Positions 38,060-49,941 of a stretch of 64,000 nt of DNA are shown in pieces. The notes beneath the pieces are model-generated. The model worked only from the letters and a program-made list of their open reading frames with translations. It was not told where the DNA came from and made no database searches. This DNA comes from Octopus sinensis (Eukaryota). Made by a program: the position numbers and the translations under genes. The DNA lies in assembly GCF_006345805.1 (NCBI RefSeq), contig NC_042999.1, forward strand, positions 153,574,001 through 153,638,000, in the 5' to 3' direction. How positions within the stretch are numbered: position 1 is the first letter of the stretch; every line of letters begins with the position of its first letter.

Positions 38060-39255
38060 TCACTTTTTACATTTTTAGTTTTCCGCCCGGTCAGGCTCCT
38101 CGCTTCATCGAAGCACCTGGTCCGTTCCGAACTTAAATGTTTCAACATAAATCTGAAGGAGTCCTTCGGGAAGGAGTTCGTTATCTTCCATAGGTCGTTC
38201 TCCCATATGACCTCCGCAGCCACCTGCGAAGGCCACTCAGGGTCCTCCGTGTAGGACAGAAGCCCCTCCCACCGGCACTTCCTTTCAATTTTTTGATTTG
38301 ATTTTGCAAGGTTCCTCCCTTGTGGAAGAAGACCAAAAATTCCTCCTCCAGCAGCACACCCGCCAAAGGAGAATCGGGACACGCCGGCAGCGTGTCACAA
38401 CCTGCCGGCAATGTCCCGTTTTTCTTTTTTCTTTTCTTTTTCCCTTGGGCTGCGGGAGAGTGGTGTTCCCTTGCTGTGTCCAGTAGGTCCTCTTTTCTCC
38501 CGCAGCTCTCGGGTTCTTCGGTGGGCAACCATTGTTGCCCACCTTTCGCTTTCGTTTTTTCGAGGAGGTGGAAACCTCCTCGACATCCTTCTCCTTCTCT
38601 CCCTCCATTGAGGGAGCAGGGAGTAGCTCCTCTGTTAACTGCTCCAGGATCCTATTTTGGGCAGTTTTTCTTGATGTGACCGGTCTCCAGGCACAGGTGA
38701 CACTTGGGGGCGTCCCTCGAGCATCACCGGATATCTAGACCCGGCCATCCTCAAAAAATCTGGGAAAACCAGACTTTCGGCTGATTGGATCCATAGGGTC
38801 AACACAGCTTTTGACCCCTCCCAATCAGCCGTAGGCAAAATTTTTACGTTGAGCAGCTTGGTACTGCTACCACCCAGACCCCGGCGGATAGAGTCCTCTA
38901 TCCACTCGGGCTCAATTCCGGGTGGCAAGCCGCAAACCCAAGCCCTCGTTAACTTCTTTCCATAATAACTGGGAAGAAACATTATTTCCTTCCCCTCGAG
39001 GGGCCGGCTTGCAAAATCGCAAGCTTCTTTGGGGGAGTCAAATAGCAACCAGACCGTTGCAAATTTGACTCCCCGTGAAATAAATTTAGTAGCTGACATG
39101 TATTCTGCCAGCTCTTTCAAAATTGTGGCTTTCGGGAAGACGGTTATGGTATCGAGCGACTTTGAATAAGTCCTCAACACCACCGTCTTCCTTTCGAGCT
39201 CTTTTAGCCATGATTTTGGAGGTATTAATTCCCACACTAATATTTCCTTTGCCAT
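38060..39255 (-). mobile_element. ORF1 (gag-like) fragment of an L1/Tx1-type LINE; ORF2 absent
   Basis: ORF 38635-39255 (LPSYYGKKLT..PVMLEGRP) frameshifts into CHLCLETGHIKKNC (CX2CX4HX4C). The parallel motifs LTPSYRGQKVT and VVVDGRRPRCYIC occur in ORF1 at 57880-58200. Confidence 0.8.
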
Positions 39256-40109
39256 TTAAAAAAAAAAAAAAAGTTCAAATATAGTTCGTCAATACGTTTT
39301 CAAATAAAGAAAGATACACAAAAAAAGAAAGAAGACACAACAGAAGGGAAGAAAAAAATAACAGTTCAAATAAAGTTCTTTTTTTAAATAAATGATAGCT
39401 GTGAAAAGAGAGTTCAAATCCAGGCAAAGAAATAAATGAGGGGAGGAGTAAAAGTAAGAGGGTAAAGAGTTCATAGTATTTGCGTAAGCGCACATGTTCA
39501 TACCTACACATGCGTGCCCGCACACCTACGTGCGTGCACCTAAAAGTATACATTCATCTATGGGAGTGTACAAAGAGTAAACCATGTCTATATACGCACA
39601 TACCCGTATGCACGCACACACACATGCCTATATACGCACATACCTGCACACGTCTATATACGCACACAGACACGCACGCATAAAAAAGATCATACATACA
39701 TCTATACACATGAAAAAATAGGGTTAAAGGCAAAAATACAGGAAAATGTATAACAACACTGAGTAAAACACGTCTATATACGCACATATTCGCATGTATG
39801 CACACGCGCATACATCTATATACGCACATACCCGCACACACGCACATACACACGCGCGCACAAAAGAATCTATGTACACGTCTATATACGCACAGGGAAA
39901 AATGCCAGGTGGAAGGTCGAATACAGAAAAATTTTGTGTAAAGAATATATAAGCAATAAAACTATAAACCAATATCTCTATAAATATGCAAGAAGTATAT
40001 GTATAAAAAATATAAATAAAAATATTTGAGAAATATAAATAAAAAGTATAAAGAGATGAAAAGCTTGTGCGTGGACACAATATAGAAAGCAAGTTCTATC
40101 AGTAATCTC

Positions 40110-40735
40110 GCGGGGACCAAAAACGTAACAAATATTTGGCCACATATAGACATGATCCGAAAAGTTCAGTTCTTGAATTCAGACATTTAGCGGGGTCTAA
40201 GCCGCTTTTCCAGATGAGCCTTCTTTCCATATCACATAGACCGCACTTTCCACTGCCGTTGGTGTAGGGCTTACACTTGGCTAAGATCTTCCAATGGATA
40301 TTAGAACTGACACCTTTATCTTTTCATGATCATATATGAATGGATATTTGGTCGTTTTCCTTTTATCCCAGTGCCTAAAGCTCAAGGTGTGATTATTGAA
40401 CCTGGCCTTGAAACTACTCTCTGTAAGGCCCACGCATTTCTTCGTCAAAACCGTGTCTTTAGTGGGTATAGAGTCCACGGTGGCTTCGTAAATGATTGTC
40501 TCGGACATGCAAGCTCCATTTATTGGGCACAAATTTTTATCCCTGCATGAACAGCTGGTTTCGTATTGTGTTTGTTTTTGTGTGTTGTGCGCGATTATAT
40601 TTTTAAAATTTGTAGTTGAAATGAAACTGAATTTTAATCTGTGTCTATTGAAGAGCTTCCTGTTAGTATGCTGGAGTGGAAAATGTCTATCTATCAGTGC
40701 TAAGAAATACTTGCCTATATTGAAGGTCACCTCGG
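40110..40735 (-). mobile_element. Penelope-like element, linker and GIY-YIG endonuclease 3' fragment
   Basis: NIGKYFLALIDRHFP..LFNR..CSCRDKNLCPINGACMSETIIYEATV..VGLTESSFKARFNNH..SF..WKIL..PY..CGLC..E..LNSRTE. Confidence 0.88.
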
Positions 40736-40995
40736 GTGAGTAGGGGGGGTGTCACCCGTCATATGTCCAAGTAGCTGCAGAGGAACGTGAAATGAAATGT
40801 CTTGCTTAAGAACATACCACACCGCTCGGTCCGAGAATCGAAACCATTATCTTGCAACCATGAGTGCAATACCTTAACCACTTGGTCACGCATCTTCACT
40901 ACTGGTATGTGCGTGGTGTGGGTGTTTAGCTATATCTTTTAATATTTTTGTGTGTGTATAAATGTACATGTATATATTAATGCATACACGTATGC

Positions 40996-41055
<60 letters not shown>

Positions 41056-41859
41056 TATATATCTATTATATATTATATATGATATATATATTATATATAT
41101 ATGACATATATATTACCTATATTATATATATATATGTATATATACCCACGTACACACACACATATATTTACACGTATGTATATACATATATTATTTCTTA
41201 CTTGTTTCTTTACAAGGCAGAAGAGACGTCTGTCTGGGAATGTATTCTCTCGTAAATTAAATTTAATTCACTATATTATCTTCACTTAACATTTAATTTA
41301 ATTTAATTACCTTTCAATTCCAATATTTATTACTCTATTATTCGTAGTTAGCCGTCTCGACATAACCGTGTCTCTTCGGTGCAACCAAATTAAGTCTCCA
41401 TTCATTATATAACTTTTATTAAGAACTGCAAAAGAGAAAAAGAAATAAAAATTAAGAAAAAAAGCGAAAATTGACTGCAATAGATAAAATCTTTGATACC
41501 CCAATGAGGAAAAAATTATTATGGTTCATAGTTCATTTTAACTCATTTTCAAAGGAAAGTAAATTTTAATTAATATAAAGACATTTTGTCTAAAATATAT
41601 ATATATATCTATTTTCCTATGTTAACATCGGTAAGTAAATTATAGATAATAATTTATGTGTTATTCAAGGCGACAAGTTCAAACAGAGCTATGTCCAGAA
41701 TAAAGTACTCGAAGACAAGTTAGATGGGGAATAAAGTAAAATAAAATATTTTACCTTAATCTATTACACACACGCACACACACACACACACATACACACA
41801 CAGTGTTATATATATATATATGTATTCACACACACACACACAAATATACATACACATAT

Positions 41860-42139
41860 GTTCTCTTATATAAAATCCGTTCTGTCTGTGTGTGTGTGTG
41901 TGTGTGTCTTCTCGGATCTCGGGCATCCTCCATCCGATTGCGCTCAAATTTGATATGTAGATACCAACGGTATCAGGGCGTGTATAAGTCTTGAAAAAAT
42001 TACAAAAATCGATTCCAGGTGAGAATGCGATTAATAAAACCGTTTTTGTCCGGCGTTTTCTTCCGTCAACCTGTAAATAACTGGACTTTCCATTTTTGTA
42101 TATGTATATGTACATATATATGTACATATATATGCATAT

Positions 42140-42217
<78 letters not shown>

Positions 42218-42442
42218 ATAATATCATATATTATATGCGTGTGTGCAACAAACATGAAAAAAATGCTGTCGAGGTTTATGCAGCCGAAGAGGATAAATCA
42301 AGTATACATTTGGCAAGCGTATTTTGAAAAATCCGAAACCGGTACTGGATTATCCATTATCTAGGTTTTTCATTTTTCAGATGTTTTTCCTGGAGGTAAG
42401 ACAAATTTTTTCATGTTTGTTGCACACACGCATCTTTACTAG
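41860..42442 (+). mobile_element. Non-autonomous Helitron/Helentron-like element
   Basis: 5' ttatataaaa..gtctgtgtgtg; about 30-bp internal inverted repeat (near 42240-42270 versus 42401-42430); 3' end ...catctttaCTAG|t. Confidence 0.5.
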
Positions 42443-42533
42443 TACATACGCAGTGAAGCTATACATTAGCGTCGTATTTATTACGTTCGCTATTTTCCAG
42501 TAAATATCGGTGCTTCGTTGTACCATTTATTTA

Positions 42534-42572
<39 letters not shown>

Positions 42573-43009
42573 GAGAGAGATTACCACTATGTGGACACCC
42601 TAATACTAGAAGTAGATCCACTATCGTCTTACCACTATGAAATGTTCTCTAGAAAATTTATCAAACACCAGAAACGTAAGCGAGCATGACAAATGAAAAG
42701 TAACAAAAATATAAATTAATCATAAACAATATTTCACTATTAACAGATTACGTAATTCTACTTACGCAATTTGTCTGTAGATCTTCAGTATGATCGACCA
42801 TACAAATATAATTCGCAGAACTACACACCAGACATCCTCACGAGGTAGAACATGTATGCAGTTCTACCTATTACACTTGTGGTTATTTTTTTAAAAGTCC
42901 TCGTTTTGGCGCGCTAAATTACCGGAAATAATACTGCATAAAATAATTTAATGCAGTAGGTTTTGCCGGTTTGAGAATGTATTAATTTAAAATTAAAATT
43001 AAAATGAGG

Positions 43010-43340
43010 GTGAAAAATTCAGTTTCGCTTTCGAGGTGTAGTTCTTTGTTAATTGTCATCACCTTTCTCGTTTTCCTGTCCATTTCCTCAAGCTTGTTCT
43101 TTGTTCACCTAACAACACCTGCGCCGTATCGCATTAAAGAAACAACCCATGTGTTCATTGCCCTGATTTTGTTTTGTTTTTTCCATTGAGTCTACTTCCC
43201 ATAATTAATGTGGTTCTTCTCGCCTCAAGCTTTCTTTCATTTCACTTACCTGGATTTTATCGTATTCCAAAATCCCCAGGTATTTATATCCATTAGTCTC
43301 AATATCCTTGATTTTATCGCCGTCAGGTAGCTCTACACCA
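43010..43340 (-). mobile_element. REL LINE family B thumb-region fragment
   Basis: DGVELPDGDKIKDIE..YKYLGILEYDKI..NKIRAMNTWVVSLMRYGAGVV..LEEMDRKTRKVMT..ELH. Confidence 0.82.
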
Positions 43341-43421
43341 TCAGACGATACTACTTAGCCTCTTTGTATTATCAGCATACCAAAGAAAAATTGAACGAGA
43401 AATAGAGGGAGAGAGAGTTTC

Positions 43422-43466
<45 letters not shown>

Positions 43467-43796
43467 GAGAGAGAGAAAGAAAGAGAATGAAAAATAAAGG
43501 TGCAGAACGAGTGAAAGAGAGAGAAAGAATAAGCGAACCAGAGAGAGAAAGTGAGAGAAAAAGAGGAGGAAAAGAGAGGAAGAGAGAGAGGGGGAGAGGA
43601 GGAGGAGGGAAAGAAAAAATAAAATCTCGGTTTTCTTTCGTAAATATTTTTGGACCATATCGGCTACCATATAATCTTGCAAAATAAATTTCCAATGACC
43701 GACCTTCCTGGTCTCGTTAACCTCTCTGCGACAGACGATACAAACGAAATTTTGCTAATAATAGCTCGCTTCTTTTATTTTGAATTTATTACACAA

Positions 43797-44639
43797 CTAG
43801 CAGAATTGCCCGGCGTTGCTCGGGGCTGAATTGCTTGAAAGTACTGTTAATGATTGCACTGAATTATGATGATTATTCAGGCAAATATTGATATAAGTTT
43901 ACGGTGGGGGATAAGGACTTAACGATCAACGTGTTGCCATTGCATTGTTTTGGGGGAACCAAATTTCTGATGAGCATATAGGGGCACCAGCTTTAAGTTT
44001 GAGAAAGTGTGGTGTGGTAGTCCGGTGTGCTCAAGGAATTGAGTACCTCTATTGGATAGTTGATGACGTCCTCTGGGTCAGGAGTTGTATCGATAGACTG
44101 ATATACATAGACTTCCCCAGGAATGAGTTTTAGCATTTCATCATTAATATGGTGAACAGTTTTATTTCTCGGGGCCAGAATAGCCCTTTGGCCAATCCAA
44201 TCCATATTCTGATAATTAGCTTGTAGATCTGGGAACATTGCATCTCTGAGATCAGAAGGCGTCTTAACAAAGGTACAAATGGAATCGATGGCAATATTAC
44301 CATTTTCATCCCCTGGTATTTTGCCTTCGCCAAGTGCAAGGAGGGTGTGAGGAAATGCTGCTGATGTGATATTACGTTGCATATGAGCACGCATATTGGT
44401 GTGAAGTTTGATAGTTACTTCCCTTTATTAAAAAAATATGCATTAAAATGGAAAAAATGATGGTAAATTATTTGTAAAATCGTAGACTCATCGTAGACGC
44501 GCGCTAATACCCAGAAGGGCTCGATATGAATCACGACTATAAGATACCCGGTTTTGGTTAAACTGCATCGCAAAATGTGGGAGTAGTTAGGAATCTAAAT
44601 CGGAGTAGACAGACACACAATCTTTCTTTTATATATAAA
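43797..44639 (-). mobile_element. Non-autonomous Helitron carrying a PIF1-helicase fragment
   Basis: 3' hairpin cccgagcaacgccggg then CTAG|t at 43797; ORF 43993-44394 LLALGEG..RAILAP.N..V..IN..Y.SID..YP.E.LNSL is the PIF1/RepHel signature; the 5' boundary is approximate. Confidence 0.88.
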
Positions 44640-45165
44640 TATTTTCGTCCTAAAGAACTTTGTATGGATTGAATGGTTACCTCTATGGAAATATATACAC
44701 GTACATTATACATACATGTGTGTATAGATGAATATATAAATACATTTAAATATCTATATACACTTTTGGGCGATCTTTCTGCTACTTAGAGATAACTTTA
44801 GATCTTATTTTCGTCCAAAAAAACTTTGTGCGGAGTGAATGGTTACGTCTATGGAAATATATACACACACGTTATACATACATCTGTGTATAGATGAATA
44901 TATAAATACATTTAAATATCTATATACACTTTTGGGCGATCTTTCTGCTACTTGGATATACTTTAGATCTTATATTCGTCCTAAATAACTTTGTATGGAG
45001 TAAATGGTTACCTCTATGGAAATATATACACACACACATTATACATACAACTGTGTATAGTTGAATATATAAATACATTTAAATATCTATATACACTTTT
45101 GGGCGATGTTTCTGCTACTTGGATATACTTTAGATCTTATATTCGTCCTAAAAAACTTTGTATGA
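44640..45165. repeat. About 166-bp tandem repeat, about 3.2 copies
   Basis: Units start at about 44640, 44806, 44971 and 45138 (tat(t/a)ttcgtcc...ttttgggcgat...ctttagatct). Confidence 0.93.
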
Positions 45166-46164
45166 ATTGAAAAATAAAATGAATTGAAATTTTTAAGAAA
45201 GGAATTTGTTTACATACATGTGTGAAATGGCAAATGTTTGTGCAGTTGTCCGAAATGGAGCCAGGGTAAATGTGTGGAACTGATGTATAATAATGAATAG
45301 GCCTTCTTGTTGTGAATATTAATTTGATGAATATGAACTGAAAACCAGTGGTGTAGCAAAAAGGATGACCAGTCTGACTGGCTCATCCCTGTCACACACG
45401 CCAACCACACACACAACACGCACCCTCACACACACCACACACACGCACACACACACACTACACACACGCACACACACACACACACACGTTAGCTTACAAT
45501 TTTCTTTATATATTTGCGTGTCTATGTGTGTTAAGAGGAAGTGGGAGTAATATGCAGAGTAAAGGCTTTGAAGTGAAATGGTAGTTTTCTCGAATTTTTT
45601 TCTGAAATGGGGGTGAAATTGAAAGAAATTTTGTATGTCATGACCGAATGGAAGTACCTTTGAAAAATCATAGGTAAACTCTAATTGAAGAAATTGTGTG
45701 AGGAGTAAATCGTTATGTATTATTTGTTTCTGTTTGCTGTGTTTTTTTTTAGTAGTGGTTTAAGGTACACTTGCAAAGAGAAGCATGAGAATTATGGTGA
45801 TAGCATGAGTGATCCGTTTTATATAAATACTTTCACTTTAATCGTTGCACACTTGCAAAGAGAAAGGAGGAGAAATTAGGGTGATAGCGTGAGTGAAGCA
45901 GATCGCTCCGTTTGTGTGTGTGTGTGTGTGTGTGTGCTGTAGCCCACACTAAGAAAAGCACTTCACTTACACACCACAATGTGAGTTTTCCTCGAAATTT
46001 TGCTTAATTGGGGTTGAAATTGAAAAACTGGACCTGGCACGACCCGATGTATTCTACTCTTAAAAATGCTAGGTAAATTGTAATTGAAGAAATCCTATAT
46101 TGTAGATTTCTATAAGAGACAAAGGGAGGCAGATAAAATCTGCCTTTTATAATAAGAGATTTCC

Positions 46165-46513
46165 TTCATCATCATCATCATCATCATCGTGGTCGTCGTG
46201 GTCGTGGTCGTGGTCGTGGTCGTCGTGGTCGTCGTCGTGGTCGTCGTCGTGGTCGTGGTCGTCGTGGTTGTCGTCGTCGTGGTCATCGTGGTCGTCGTGG
46301 TTGTCGTCGTCGTGGTCATCGTGGTCGTCGTGATCGTCGTTGTTGTTGTTGTTATTATTATTATTATCATTATTATTATTATCATTATCATTATTATTAT
46401 TATCATTATTATTATTATTATTATCATTATTATTATTATCATTATCATTATTATTATTATCATTATCATTATTATTATTATCATTATCATAATCATTATC
46501 ATTATTATTATTA

Positions 46514-46554
<41 letters not shown>

Positions 46555-46606
46555 GTTGTTGTTGTTGTTGTTTTTGTTGTTGTTGCTGTTGTTGTTGTTA
46601 TTATTA

Positions 46607-46638
<32 letters not shown>

Positions 46639-47021
46639 GTTATTATTATTATTATTATTATTGTTATTATTATTATTATTATTGTTATTATTATTATTAT
46701 TATTATTGTTATTGTTATTATTGTTATTGTTATTATTACTATTATTATTAGTATTGTTGTTGTTTTGTTGTTGTTATTATTATTATTATTGTTATTGTTA
46801 TTATATTATTATTGTTATTGTTGTTGTTCTTGTTGTTCTTGTTGTTCTTGTTATTCTTGTTGTTGTTGTTGTTCTTCTTCTTCTTCTTTTCTTCTTGTTT
46901 TATTCTTGTTGTTGTTGTTGTTGTTCTTCTTCTTCTTCTTCTTCTTGTTCTTGTTGTGTTGTTGTTGCTGTTGTTGTTCCTGTTTTTCTTGTTGTTGTTG
47001 TTGTTGTTGTTTTTGTTGTTG

Positions 47022-47086
<65 letters not shown>

Positions 47087-47088
47087 GC
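46165..47088. repeat. Compound trinucleotide field (CAT, GTC/GTG, ATT, GTT, CTT)
   Basis: About 920 bp of in-register triplet tracts. Confidence 0.97.
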
Positions 47089-48810
47089 CTAGTTAGTGCA
47101 ATTTGTATTTGTCTGAATATTTTTTTATCATGCTTAATGCACCTATTATGATAGGAATTGTTCTGCTTTTAGATTCCCATCTGGTTATCTCTATTTCCAC
47201 GTCTTTGTATTTTGAAAGTTTCTCCATTTCTTTTAGAGACACGTTTTCATCCGCTGGTATTGATACATCAATTAGAAAACATTTTTTTCTTCATGATCTC
47301 TGACAACTATATCTGGTCTGTTGGCCTTAGTTTCTCTATCTGTGTGTATCGGCATATCCCAGAGTATGGTTGCTTTCTCGTTTTCTGTGACCTTTTCTGG
47401 TGTGTGCCTATACCATCTTTTTTCTGTTGTTATTCCATAATGTTGGCATAGCTTCCAGTGTATATAGGTCCCAACTCTGTCGTGTCTGTGAATATATTCC
47501 TTCTTCGCCAGGACTGGGCAGCCAGAGATAATATGATTTATTGTTTCTTGTCCATCTCCACATATTCTGCAGTTACTTGTTATATTTTTTTATTACATGT
47601 TTTTGGTAATTTATGGTGGGGAGGTTTTTGGTCTTGTGCTGCAATTAAAAATCCTTCTATCTATGCTTGAGTCCTGAGCTTCTCAACCATTGTTGGGATT
47701 TTTCTTTGTCTATTTCTTTTGCATTTAGTTTAGTCCAGTATTTACCATGAAGGGGCTTTTCTTGCCATCGCTTTATCATGGTTCGTTGCTGTTCTATTTT
47801 TAGTTTGGATTTCATTTGTTTATAGCTTTTGTTGTTTCTACATATTCTTCTTCTTCTTCTTCTTCATATTGTAGGTGGTATGATTTCTTGTTTGTATTTG
47901 TCAGCTTCCTTAAATACTGAGAACAGTTTTTGTTTTGCTCGTGTTTTGCTGCTATTTGTATCAGTTTCCTTCCTCTGAAGTAGATATTTTTCAGTCCTAT
48001 GGTGTTTATTTTATAGTAGTTTTCCAGCTGTATAAGGCATCTACCACCATCTATACGTGTATATATAGCCTTTCTATGTTAGAATTTGGGTGATGCATTC
48101 TAGATCCTGTCATTATTTTTCTTGTTTTCCTATTTATTTTGGTCAGTTCATTTAGTGTTCAGTTAAGGATATTGTAGCTGTAACTTATAACTGGGACGGC
48201 TAAAGTGTTGATACCTATTATCTTGTTTCAAGCATTGAGCTCTGTTTTCAGTATTGATATAACTCGTCTATAATATTCTTTTTTTATTTTCTCTTTCATT
48301 TGTGTGTGTTGTGTCTTATCTAGTTCATGGATTCCTAAGTATTTGTAAGCTTTGTTTTGGTTTAATTCTTTTATTTCATTGGTTTTATGTAGTGTGATGT
48401 TGCTACTCTTAATTAGTTTTCCTCATTTTATGGTTACTTTGGCGCATTTTTCTAATCCAAATTTCATATCTATTTCTTTGGTAAATCCATGAACTGTCTT
48501 TAGTAGTGTTTCCAGTTGTTTGTCATTTGTAGCGTATAGTTTTAGGTCATCCATATATAAAAGGTGGCTGATCTTTTTGCCATAACATTTATATCCGCAT
48601 CCAGTTCTGTTTAGCATATCCGATAGAGGTGACAGTGCTAAGCAGAAAAGGAGTGGAGAGAGCGTATCTCCCTGGAATATTCCTCTTCCAATGAGGATGG
48701 CTTTGGTTTTCACAACTCCCTCTTTTGTTTGGAGCTGTAGCACTGTTTGCCATTTATTCATAGAGCGTCCTATGTACTTTATAATTGTTGGTGCAACTTT
48801 GTTCATGGCT
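47089..48810 (-). mobile_element. REL LINE family D, truncated at both ends
   Basis: ORF 48423-48911 MNKVAPTII..LLYMDD is nearly identical to 18383-19045; continues to the C-terminus; microsatellites at both ends. Confidence 0.93.
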
Positions 48811-48818
48811 TTATTATT

Positions 48819-48850
<32 letters not shown>

Positions 48851-49063
48851 TATTATTATTATTATTATTATTATCATTATTATTATTATTATTATCGAAA
48901 AGTATTTGCAAATTGCCAATACTGTTATTATCAATATATATTTTTATTATTCTTTCTCTTTCCTTTGTTATCTCATTAAATCGAATTTCATTGAATATTT
49001 TTTGTTTTATTAGAATGGATAAAAATGAACCTGGCTCCCGCTCTCTCCCACCATATTATTTTA

Positions 49064-49117
<54 letters not shown>

Positions 49118-49140
49118 CATTATTATTATCATTATTATTA

Positions 49141-49209
<69 letters not shown>

Positions 49210-49213
<4 letters not shown>

Positions 49214-49890
49214 TAGTTTTATTTTTATAGCGTGCTTTCTCTTCACTACCGAGCGCAGCACTCTGTGCCTTAGGTATGTGCTGTGATTTGTTGTGATGCT
49301 GTGATGGCTATTGTATGGAAAGTGTTCTGCGTAGGATGTGTGCAGTGCCTAGTAGTGCAATTTTCTGTATGTTATATGTGTTTGTAAGTCCTGGTGTTTT
49401 TGTTATGTATTTGTCTGAATATTTTTTTTGTCATGCCTAATGCACCTACTATGATAGGAATTATTTCTGTTTTTAGATTCCACATTCTGGTTACCTCTAT
49501 TTCCACGTCTTTGTATTTTGAAAGTTTCTCCATTTCTTTAAGAGACACGTTGTCATCTGCCGGTATTGATACATCAATTAGAAAGCATTTTTTTCTTCAT
49601 GATCTCTGACAACTATATCTGGTCTGTTGGCCTTAATTTCTCTATCTGTGTGTCTCGGCATATCCCAGAGTATGGTTGCTTTCTCGTTTTCTGTGACCTT
49701 TTCTGGTGTGTGCCTATACCATCTTTTTCTGTTGTTATTCCATAATGTTGGCATAGCTTCCAGTGTATGTAGGTTCCAACTCTGTCATGTCTGTGAATAT
49801 ATTCCTTCTTCGCCAGGACTGGGCAGCCAGAGATAATATGATTTATTGTTTCTTGTCCATCTCCACATATTCTGCAGTTATTTGTTATAT
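49210..49890 (-). mobile_element. REL LINE family D, 3' fragment
   Basis: Matches 19840-20500 including the 3' UTR; flanked by AAT tracts. Confidence 0.93.
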
Positions 49891-49898
49891 TTCTTATA

Positions 49899-49941
<43 letters not shown>

